Shown here one piece after another: positions 18,457 to 27,149 of a DNA stretch of 64,000 nucleotides. The position numbers and the translations under genes are program-made. Position 1 is the first letter of the stretch. The number at the start of each line of letters is the position of its first letter. The notes under the pieces were generated by a model. That model was not told the DNA's origin. It did no database searches and saw nothing but the letters and a program-made list of their open reading frames with translations. Source of the stretch: Cyanidioschyzon merolae. Lineage: Eukaryota. Location: the NCBI GenBank assembly GCA_000091205.1, contig AP006499.2; one strand, written 5' to 3'.

Positions 18457-19302
18457 TCAGGGTGTCTTGGATACGTTTGGGTGTGACTCCTTTGCGGGTA
18501 ATGCCATGGGTGTCTTCCTGCGCAAAAGTCTCGAGAAATGCGCTGTACCACCTAGTCGTCCCACTGCAGCAGCTAGCGTCGATGCACCAAAGCGCTTCAT
18601 GGTTCTGTATGTTGGCGCTCGATCCGGTGGAAGGCGATGTGCGGCGATGAATGTTTTTAGCTCGACAAGGGTACGCCTCTTGTCATTCCAGTATCCATTG
18701 GGTCTCCGATGAGCTTTCAGTCCGAGTTGCTCAGCTACCTTGGGAAATCCCCCGTGTTTGCGGATCGCACGGATGAGATCTGAGCGATGATGAGCCGCCA
18801 GCTGCCCAGCTGTAGGCATCGTGTCCTTTGCCTCGAGATGTTCGGCGATGAAGCTTTGTAGTTCCTTGGCGAGATTATCAAAGTCTTTCCAGTAGTTGTG
18901 TGGCATCATGCGTCCACGCCGCAGATCGACCGCAAAAGTCACATATAAACTTCTTGGTTGAGAGACGCACGCAGGTTTCAGGTTCAGCTTCGCTGCTACG
19001 GCCTGCCAACCGCCGTGCAGTCGAATAGGGTAAAGTAGATCTGGTCGGGGAAAGCTTGCGGATATAAACTGTTGCTCGCTAGGTAGCTGGTTCAAATTAT
19101 CCCAACCGTTCAGGCGAAGAAACTCGCGGACTTCTTTCTCGAGGTTTGCAGCATCTTTCCAGTAACCCCGTGGTTTCCGTTTCCTCGTACCAGTCTCATT
19201 CTGCTCCCGTTGACTTTGAGGCGGTGTCAGTTCGCACTTGACCCCACACTTCAAGCGAGACGAAATCCTTGTGTGCGAGAGGTTCACGCTTGCTAACCAC
19301 AT
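18457..19302 (-). CDS. Unrecognised tandem-repeat protein with three ~70-aa repeats. Paralog of 61803-63110.
   Basis: The repeats are 'RKPRGYWKDAANLEKEVREFL...', 'PHNYWKDFDNLAKELQSFIAEHL...MPTAGQLAAHHRSDLIRAIRKHGGFPKVAEQLGLK' and 'RPNGYWNDKRRTLVELKTFIAAH...'. Consensus: P-x-GYW-x-D...N-L...E-L...F-I...LP(T/S)...L...R-x-DL-x-x-A-I-x-x-HGG...A...LGL. The same repeat architecture appears in ORF 61803-63110. Confidence 0.6.
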   Translation of the reverse strand: MWLASVNLSHTRISSRLKCGVKCELTPPQSQREQNETGTRKRKPRGYWKDAANLEKEVREFLRLNGWDNLNQLPSEQQFISASFPRPDLLYPIRLHGGWQAVAAKLNLKPACVSQPRSLYVTFAVDLRRGRMMPHNYWKDFDNLAKELQSFIAEHLEAKDTMPTAGQLAAHHRSDLIRAIRKHGGFPKVAEQLGLKAHRRPNGYWNDKRRTLVELKTFIAAHRLPPDRAPTYRTMKRFGASTLAAAVGRLGGTAHFSRLLRRKTPMALPAKESHPNVSKTP

Positions 19303-19469
19303 GAGAGCTTAGTCGGTCGCTTGTGACGTGGGATAAAATCCCGTACGAAAACGACGACTGGAGCGAATGGCTCTCGAGCCGACGCCCTCAACCGTGCGGC
19401 AATGCCATTCGGTCGCGGTGATGCATCCACACGGGAGCTACTGGCGCTATCGCGGGCGATCACTGTCGG

Positions 19470-19560
19470 CACTCGGGGCACGATGGAATGTATGAAGCGA
19501 CCAGTATATCCGAGAAGAAGTATGAGTTACGGAACTTGGAAGCAGGGAGTTTGATGGATG
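19470..19560 (+). repeat. Short ~90 bp conserved module 'ggcactcgg.gc..gat.g.a...tatccgagaagaagtatgRgttaYggaacttgga'. It is also the 5' module of repeat copies at 26398-26500 and 51131-51235.
   Basis: Direct sequence comparison of the three loci. Non-coding. Confidence 0.55.
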
Positions 19561-20810
19561 CTTCACTGCGCGCTGATATCAAGCACACTGTCGGGGAACG
19601 CATGCCTGTGTAGACGTTTTGCCCATTGTAAAAAACCTGTGCGAGGTTCCAAAGTCTACCATATGCGATGCCGCATTTATACTTCTTCCCAGCCTCGCTC
19701 GGTTGCGCTGGTGCGGCAGCAATTCTGCGTAGACATCGAGCACTAGTGTGCTATCTTTCCATCCTCACACGATCCGTGTGTGTGACCAAACTCCCAGGGA
19801 TCCGCGGATGCTGCCGGGAATCTTGGTATGGATCGGGCGCTCTTAGGGGATTTCTTCTAAAACTTAGGATTTGTACATATGACCAGACCTGCTTGGATGC
19901 GCACCTATCGATGACAACTTTGTCGTGGATCGAGCGCTCCATTGCGGGCAGGTCACGTACAGGCCATTGAACGAATCGATCCAAGGCGTTTCATACAAAA
20001 ATACGTTGAACTCGCCTGGATAGTTGCACAGTCGCCAAAATCATAACACAGAAATGCGCAGCCGCGAAGATTTTCTGGCGGTGTACAATCGGAGCAAGTC
20101 TGTCCATTATTGTAACGGCTGCGACTTCACGCGTACAGTTCATCCACATGGGTTCCAACCGTGTCGCGAGTCGCTGTCCTGGAGCGGAGCAGCAAAGCGG
20201 AACAGGAAATGCAACATGTACCGGCGAACAAGCAGTGCAGATTGCCTCGCGCAACACGATGATAGTGGTGAGGCTTTCGAGTCGTCCGGATTCGGAAAGG
20301 TGACGTCCCCCTCCCAGCAACTTCAGAGAATTTGCTCGCTGCTTGATCCAGCCGGCGATCATTTAGGAAAACGCGCATTCCGGATCCAGACCACTGGAAA
20401 TATAGCAAAAGGGACTGAGTTCAAGCTCTTCCACCACAAGACCGGCGGTTCACTCGAGCATAATCAAGCTAGATATGCTATTCGACAGAGAGCTCCATCA
20501 TTTTTAGGACTCAGGGAGACCAGCTGGAGGCTGCCTCTCTCTGGAAAAGCACCAGCACGCAGGACTGGTTCAAAAGCTACCCATGTCAAAATTCGCGTTA
20601 TGAAACTGAGCTGAAAATCAGCTCATCTGAACGAAGGTTTCCACGCTCAATTGGCCCATTCAGCAAGCCGCTCTGAGCAACCAGCTAACATTAAAGTCAA
20701 AAGTTGTACCATTTTCGTTGTAAACGCACACACGCCGCGAAAGCGAGTTCGTCACATGCGCCATTCGAGTGCTCACACACCGCGTCTCCTCCAGAACTGC
20801 AGTTGGCCCC

Positions 20811-22529
20811 TTAGTGCAACTTCTTGTCGAAATCATCCAAAAGCTCCTGGTTTTGCTCGATTAAACTCTTTGCCGTTGTGTACGTTATATCCTCTGCTTG
20901 GATCTTCCTCAGATTGGAGCGCAAATAGCGAGCGCTCTCCAGCTTACGAAGTACATTCGGGTCCCGCTTCTGTAAAAGCTGATACCAGGCCTTTCGGGCA
21001 CGATTTCGCCGCTGAATGCGCTCATTCTCTTTCCGCTGGCGATACCACCTTACAGCAGGAATGATCAGAAAAGCGAGCGCATAGGCCAAGAGCGGAGGGT
21101 ACAACCACTTCAGAAACGGAAGCGGTACTGCTCTCAGCTGAGCCATATACTCCCCAAGCGTCACTGCACCGAGCAGATTTAGAACTCCAAGACCTGCTGC
21201 CCCCAGAATCTGGCCAGATGAGGCCTTGGAAAACACATATTCCTGCTCCTCGATGTAGCCCTTGTCGTAGTGGCTCTGCTCACTTGACGCTGAACCGGAC
21301 GTGGAGCCACTTCCCGATACGGTATTCAGCAAATCAGGAAAAACGTACACAATATCGCCGTCGTCGGTTACTTCGGGTCTACCGCCGAACCTCTCAAGCA
21401 CTGGCAGCATGAAAGATTCGTCAACATAAACAGCGCCTCGCGACTCGGGCGGTTCAGGGACATCGAGCAACGGTGCGATTTGCTCTGCGGTGACGGCACC
21501 GCCCAGCCGACGAATCGTTTCTCCGATCCTCCTCCAGCGGTAGGTTTCCAGATCGGCGTTCGGGTTCCCGTCGCCGAACAGGAAAGAGAAGATGCTTTCG
21601 AGAAATGACATGCCCCCTTCGCGCCTGCGTCCCGAATATCCATGATTTGCGTAGAAGATAAGGTCAAATGGACTGGGGCCCATCCAGACGTAGAGACTAC
21701 CCCCACCGTAGCTGCGATTATAGCTCGAGCGGCGGTCATCCTCGCGACTTTGGACAGAGCTCGATATCGCAACAATACTGGTGTAGATAATGAAGATGGA
21801 CGCAATGAGTAAAATGCCAAACGATATGCGCACGAGATAGTTCAGGAACGGTGAGATCTTTTCCCAACGATTGCGCAGCGCAAAAATGATACTCTCTTGA
21901 AGAAGCACACGGCGAACGTTGGACGGAAATGCGTATACGAGCTCGCCATCACGCGATACTTCTAGGTGCCCACCAGCGACGTTTGCAAGCGCGACAAGGC
22001 AGCGCTGTGCGGTCGGGAGGCCTAACCCAGTGCGAGCCGCCACGTCTGCGACGGTGACCCTGCCTCCTAGCGACTCCACAGCTCCGAGAACACGATCATC
22101 AACGGCGTTCAGACCGAAGCTTTTTGATTCTTCACTCTGTTCATAGACACAGCGCAAGGCATGAGCAGAAGCTGCTGCTCCTGCTGCCACCGGAAACGAC
22201 ACACTGCGCCGCTCCGGTCGTCGTACTCTGTTCAAGACGAGCTCCCCGGGTGCGCACAGCCTGCGTAAACCCCGTGCCACCGAAGCGGATTCTGTACACC
22301 GCCCCAGAACTGTTACGCATCTCGTGCACGTACGAACGGTAGTGCGATCGTGTCCACCGGGTACCAAACAAAGCCACATGGGCAGTTTACCCCTGGTGCT
22401 CACAGAAACCAGCTCGAAGTCGTCCAGGTACAACGATGTGAAGTGGCCGGATGTGGGCGTTGCCCCTGGTCGACCGGCCATGATCTGAAGCATCGCGCAA
22501 ACGTCGCTGCCGCAACTAGCATCAAACAT
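20811..22529 (-). CDS. Polytopic membrane protein with winged-helix-like N-terminal region; conserved plant/cyanobacterial-type protein of unknown function. The true start is probably an internal Met.
   Basis: Hydrophobic segments 'ISFGILLIASIFIIYTSIVAISS' and 'ILGAAGLGVLNLLGAVTLG...LAYALAFLIIPAV'. The motif 'SIFSFLFGDGNPNADLETYRWRRIGETI' resembles the FVFGDGDPN motif of plant and cyanobacterial membrane proteins, but I cannot name the family with confidence. The N-terminus overlaps the divergent FAH gene with only 5 bp between the start codons. Confidence 0.5.
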   Translation of the reverse strand: MFDASCGSDVCAMLQIMAGRPGATPTSGHFTSLYLDDFELVSVSTRGKLPMWLCLVPGGHDRTTVRTCTRCVTVLGRCTESASVARGLRRLCAPGELVLNRVRRPERRSVSFPVAAGAAASAHALRCVYEQSEESKSFGLNAVDDRVLGAVESLGGRVTVADVAARTGLGLPTAQRCLVALANVAGGHLEVSRDGELVYAFPSNVRRVLLQESIIFALRNRWEKISPFLNYLVRISFGILLIASIFIIYTSIVAISSSVQSREDDRRSSYNRSYGGGSLYVWMGPSPFDLIFYANHGYSGRRREGGMSFLESIFSFLFGDGNPNADLETYRWRRIGETIRRLGGAVTAEQIAPLLDVPEPPESRGAVYVDESFMLPVLERFGGRPEVTDDGDIVYVFPDLLNTVSGSGSTSGSASSEQSHYDKGYIEEQEYVFSKASSGQILGAAGLGVLNLLGAVTLGEYMAQLRAVPLPFLKWLYPPLLAYALAFLIIPAVRWYRQRKENERIQRRNRARKAWYQLLQKRDPNVLRKLESARYLRSNLRKIQAEDITYTTAKSLIEQNQELLDDFDKKLH

Positions 22530-22534
22530 GCGTT

Positions 22535-23827
22535 ATGAATGAGGCAACTGCTATCGTGCCGATACAGGAGAACTCGGACTTTACACTTTATAACCTTCCG
22601 TTCGGTGTTTTTCGAAAGAAAGGGGAAGCTTCACGTGAAGCGCGAGTTGCTGTCGCCGTCGGACGAAATGTGCTCGATCTATGTGCGCTTGCTGAGACGG
22701 ACCTCTTCGAGGCTTGCAGTCCGGACACGCCGTTACGTGGCGCTGCGGCAGACGTTTTCGGACAGGAATCGTTGAATCGATTTATAAAACTTGGAGAGCA
22801 ATGTTGTTCGGAGACCAGACGTCTCGTTCAGCGCGCACTCTCAAGGGACAGCGGTCTCTGTCCGCAGCTGGAGCGAGCGTTGGAGAACTCGCGCGCAGAC
22901 GCTTTTCTCACCGCTCAAGACGTAGTAGACGTGCTACTGCCTGTAGAGATTGGTGATTACACGGATTTTTACGCGTCGAAAGAGCATGCATCCCACCTAG
23001 GCCAGATGATGCGCGGTCCTGGACATGAACTGACCCCGAATTATGTGCACTTACCGATTGGGTATCATGGACGAGCCTCTTCTGTAGTGGTTTCAGGAAC
23101 GCCGATCACTCGGCCTTGTGGGCAAATCAAACCTGAGGGGTCGGATTGTCCTGTGTTTAAGCCAACGGAACGCCTCGACTTCGAACTAGAGCTTGGCGCT
23201 ATCATCGGAAGGGATAGCATATTGGGCGAACGAATTCCCGTAGAGCATAGTCGACAGTACATCTTTGGATACGTGCTCGTTAATGATTGGAGTGCTCGCG
23301 ATATTCAACGCTGGGAGTATCAGCCTCTTGGCCCGTTCAACTCGAAGAATTTTGCAACGACGATTTCACCCTGGGTCGTGACACGCGAGGCTCTGGAGCC
23401 ATACCGCGTAGCGGCACCGCATCAGGATCCTCCTGTTTTGCAGTATCTGAATGAAGATGCGGGCCGAACGAACCTGGATCTGAATCTTAGCGTGATGCTG
23501 AATGGTATCACCATTAGCCAGTGCAATTTTCGGGGCATGTACTGGACCTTCGAACAAATGGTCGCGCACCACACCTCCACTGGCTGCAACTTGCGCTGCG
23601 GAGATCTCCTGGCGAGCGGCACAGTTTCTGGTGCAGAACCGAACACCTACGGCTCAATGATAGAACTGACCTGGGGTGGCAGACATCCGCTGAAACTGCC
23701 AAACGGAAAACAACGCACGTTCCTCGAAGACGGCGATGAAGTTGAGCTGCATGGGTATGCGGGAGCGGGCTCCCGCCGCGTCGGATTCGGACGCTGTCAC
23801 GGATGCATCCTACCTGCCGTCGTGTGA
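22535..23827 (+). CDS. FAH: Fumarylacetoacetase (fumarylacetoacetate hydrolase, tyrosine catabolism).
   Basis: N-terminus 'IVPIQENSDFTLYNLPFGVF...ARVAVAVGRNVLDL' matches the FAH N-terminal domain (canonical '[21 protein letters not shown]'). The C-terminal FAH fold blocks 'DFELELGAIIG', 'IFGYVLVNDWSARDIQ' and 'GDLLASGTVSG' are present. 430 aa, the typical length. Confidence 0.9.
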   Translation: MNEATAIVPIQENSDFTLYNLPFGVFRKKGEASREARVAVAVGRNVLDLCALAETDLFEACSPDTPLRGAAADVFGQESLNRFIKLGEQCCSETRRLVQRALSRDSGLCPQLERALENSRADAFLTAQDVVDVLLPVEIGDYTDFYASKEHASHLGQMMRGPGHELTPNYVHLPIGYHGRASSVVVSGTPITRPCGQIKPEGSDCPVFKPTERLDFELELGAIIGRDSILGERIPVEHSRQYIFGYVLVNDWSARDIQRWEYQPLGPFNSKNFATTISPWVVTREALEPYRVAAPHQDPPVLQYLNEDAGRTNLDLNLSVMLNGITISQCNFRGMYWTFEQMVAHHTSTGCNLRCGDLLASGTVSGAEPNTYGSMIELTWGGRHPLKLPNGKQRTFLEDGDEVELHGYAGAGSRRVGFGRCHGCILPAVV

Positions 23828-24089
23828 AACCCTGCAGCATGATGTCAAGACTGAGGATACGGAGTAGCAGCTCGGCGCAGGCCAGGTATGCTGCTAGGCA
23901 GTGCGGCTATGGTGATGCACTCGAGTCTGACGAGATCTAGTTTGCATTTCAGCTGCGGAAGCCGTATGGTGCTCGAAAATGGTACTCAGGCGCTCTGGAC
24001 TAGGCGGACTCGTAGCGGCCGATCTGGAGCTCTTTCGGGAATAAAGGGTCTTCGTTTCTAGCTCGCACGTCAGTTTCAGGTGGTCGTTG

Positions 24090-25610
24090 TCACACACTAA
24101 GCAGCGATAAGTATCCTCTCGTATCTGTGAGGGCGATCATGCTGAGTGCAAGGTGAAGATCTCCTTTGGCAAGCGTGGGGGAGCCCGGTATAAATGCATC
24201 CGGAGACGGCTCCGACTGGTGTTCACATCGGAAAGGATGCATGTGCCAGTCAGGGGCGAGTGTTGCCGTCTTCTCATCATAGCTCCACATAACCGCAGTC
24301 GGACTTCCAAAAGAGATGAATTGATGAGGTCCAACCGAACGAATATCGCCTACGGAAGCGAATGGGCTCTCTCTATAACGTCCAATTTCCCGGAACGTTC
24401 GGAAATCCAGTATGGACAAGAGACCGTCCGCATAGCCGAGCAAAACAACTGGTGCGTCACCTGCTTCATGATCATGAGCAAAGAGGCCGTCCCGTTTCGT
24501 CTCTAGTACGCAGATTGCCGCCTGCCAAGTTGGCATGCGCATGTCAACCAGGTAGAGCGCACCGTCATCGGTTGTTACCGTGCATGTCTCCTTGGATGAG
24601 CTATTCGTACACGTCGGGCGGACACTGCTCGTTGGGCGACCAATAGATACGCGACCGATCTCGGCACCATTAGAGACGGTGTCTGCGCTTGCCAGTGGCG
24701 CGCCAGATGCTTCGGCAAACAGCCTCTCAATCGAGGTCAGGAGTACTTGACCATCATGACTGATTGTGAACATGCAGTCATTTCCGTCTGTAAGAACTAT
24801 TTCACGGATGGCATCCCTGTGCAAGCGTGTCGTCCGCGGCGGCATATCTGGACCGAGCCCGAGGCTTTCCGCAGTCGTGTGCAGGGCAGCTACGTGCCCT
24901 GTGGAAAGCCCCAGCAGCACGGTATTCCTTCGTGCGTAGACCAAATCCTGCACGGGGTTGTTGAGGGCGCAGGCCCACCACTGGTATGTCTCATTGGCGC
25001 CTTGTCCGCAGGAACCCTGCTGGCCGCCGCCAGATGCGGCATCCATCGGGAGGGATTGTGAGCTCGGATCAGGCTGTAAACTCACATGAATGAGGCGATT
25101 GCCTTGGCTGTTCGACGAATCTGGTTCCGTGATCCCGAATACAACTGCATCCGCATCTGGTGACAGCGCCGGACGCGATAGTGCAGAACACCTGAACGGA
25201 TCGAGATTGCCTGTTCGCTGCCCAATGCGTGCAGCATGGATAACCAAACGGGGCGCCCGGCTTGGGGATATGGCGCAGAGATCACAGAGGCCATCCGGAT
25301 GATCCATGCGAAGCTCAATGTGTTCCTGGAAAGTCGATGAATGCAGGACGCCGCTGCAACTTGATGATTGCGCACAATGGGCATCATTGTCAGTGGTGCA
25401 GATCCCAATCTCAGGCATCGTTTCAAGCAAAGAAGCGCAGAAGATCTGGTCTAGACTTGGGTCGTTGTCAAAACGGTATCGTGAACGCACCCCAAACGAA
25501 GCGTGCTCAACTGCCGCTCTAGTTTGCGAGAGATCAGTGCATCTACTGTTGTTGCCTGCGGCATAAAGTGCGCCCGTGTGATTCTCAGAGTGTTTGTGAC
25601 TTTGCTCCAT
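24090..25610 (-). CDS. Hypothetical protein (506 aa), possibly a beta-propeller-like fold.
   Basis: Long ORF with repeated hydrophobic beta-strand-like segments 'DGQVLLTS', 'GALYLVDMR' and 'VVLLGYADGLLSILDF'. No family signature recognised. Confidence 0.4.
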   Translation of the reverse strand: MEQSHKHSENHTGALYAAGNNSRCTDLSQTRAAVEHASFGVRSRYRFDNDPSLDQIFCASLLETMPEIGICTTDNDAHCAQSSSCSGVLHSSTFQEHIELRMDHPDGLCDLCAISPSRAPRLVIHAARIGQRTGNLDPFRCSALSRPALSPDADAVVFGITEPDSSNSQGNRLIHVSLQPDPSSQSLPMDAASGGGQQGSCGQGANETYQWWACALNNPVQDLVYARRNTVLLGLSTGHVAALHTTAESLGLGPDMPPRTTRLHRDAIREIVLTDGNDCMFTISHDGQVLLTSIERLFAEASGAPLASADTVSNGAEIGRVSIGRPTSSVRPTCTNSSSKETCTVTTDDGALYLVDMRMPTWQAAICVLETKRDGLFAHDHEAGDAPVVLLGYADGLLSILDFRTFREIGRYRESPFASVGDIRSVGPHQFISFGSPTAVMWSYDEKTATLAPDWHMHPFRCEHQSEPSPDAFIPGSPTLAKGDLHLALSMIALTDTRGYLSLLSV

Positions 25611-25940
25611 AACACAACCTGTTGTGCTCGCTGTCTATTCTCGTTCTCCAGTCGAACTGAATGAAAGCTAAAAGGCATCGCGGATGACAGTCGGACAGGA
25701 AACGCTCGACAATGAACCCTACCGGCTGACCGCAGCGATGCGAAGCGGCGCATCAGCGTACAGGCGCGATCGATCCCCTGAGCGCCGCGCGCGGCAGCGA
25801 AGGGTTCATGCGCCGCTGCTCGCCGCGATGCTCGCATCCGATCCGTTCAGAACTGTGGATAGAAAGCATGATCTAGTTTGTGAATATATGTCTATTAATT
25901 GCATATTATGTACTGATTCTGGTTGATAAGTGGTTTTTTC

Positions 25941-26585
25941 GATGACAAAAAAATTCGTTTCCATTGGCTATGGATCCCTGGTTGCGCGATGGATAATGGT
26001 ATTTGAAAAAGCGTCGATGATGAAGCACCTATGCTCAAGTTCCATTACCCACACTTCCTCTCGGATATACTGGTCGTTTTTTACATGCTACCATGTGCTG
26101 AATGCCTGCCGTGAAAACCCTCCGTGGTGCTTACACCCCTGGAGCAGAGCCATCACGGAGACAGAACGGCGTTGCCATCCGACTAAAGGGCGTCGTCTGG
26201 AATTGTCGTTCACCCGACATATGGTCGGGATTCGGGATCATTCTGTGAGCCTGCATGCTGTGCAGACAGACGTACTGCCCGAGGCAGCGCGAAGCGATAT
26301 ATAAATAGCTCACTGCGACCAGGGCGATGTCCTCAGTCGGATGGCGCAGCTGTTCTGTCTCCGTGATGCTTCTGCTTTAGCGGTATGAGCGCTACGGCAG
26401 GTGCTCACGGCAGGTACTCGGCGCAAGATAGCATGTACAAAACGGACAGTATATCCGAGAGGAAGTATGGGTAATGGAACTTAAAGGTAGGTGCTTCATC
26501 ATGGACGCTTTCCCCAAGGGCATTATACATATGCCGAATTCTGGGAAGCATGTTCAATGTAAAAGTTTTGTCATCGAAAAATCAA
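25941..26585 (+). repeat. Copy B of the non-coding dispersed repeat family, rearranged.
   Basis: Shares the 'cgatgacaaaaaaattcgtttccattgg', 'ggatatactggtcgtttttta' and 'cattctgtgagcctgcatgctgtgcagacagacgtactgcc' blocks and the 5' module 'tatccgagaggaagtatgggtaatggaactt' with the other copies. It contains a perfect 19-bp internal inverted repeat, 'catcacggagacagaacgg' at about 26150 against 'ctgttctgtctccgtgatg' at about 26350. It ends with an inverted copy of the 'atgacaaaac.tttacattg' block at 26555-26580. Confidence 0.65.
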
Positions 26586-27149
26586 TCGGCGGCATATTCT
26601 AGCAAAACTGATTATCATGCACGCACACTTTTCATGGTCAAAATAGGCTCGCAGAGACTCGTTGGGGAATAAGAAGAGGACTCTCGATGAGTTCGTGGGA
26701 CCAACGGGCCATCGTTTCGGTATCTTTCTCGCCGGCAATGATGAGCTTACTATATCAACAGGTTGAAAAATCTCAGCGCAACGCGCTTCGTTTGCCGGTA
26801 TTCGAATCGGCCACGCAACCGCCGTCCTTAACTTTGCGTCCAAATTTCTAATCTTTTTCAGGTATCGCTATTCTGTTGAAATTTAGTTTCAGCGAACCTC
26901 TGCACTGTGAAGTCATCGGTGGTCGTGCAGGAAGCCCGGTGTATATAGGCTTGAATGTGAGGAAAGAGGTCGTTCTGGGATCAGCACCCAACGTGCACGA
27001 ACTATTCCGTGCGAGGCGCTTTTTGCTGCCGACGAGTGTTGTCGCACTCTTGCAGTGTAGCTGACAGACGGCTTTCGTGCCTAATTTTTTGAAACTTACT
27101 AAAGTGAGTCATCATCGACTTCAGAAAGCCTTAGTTTTCAGGAAAATCA

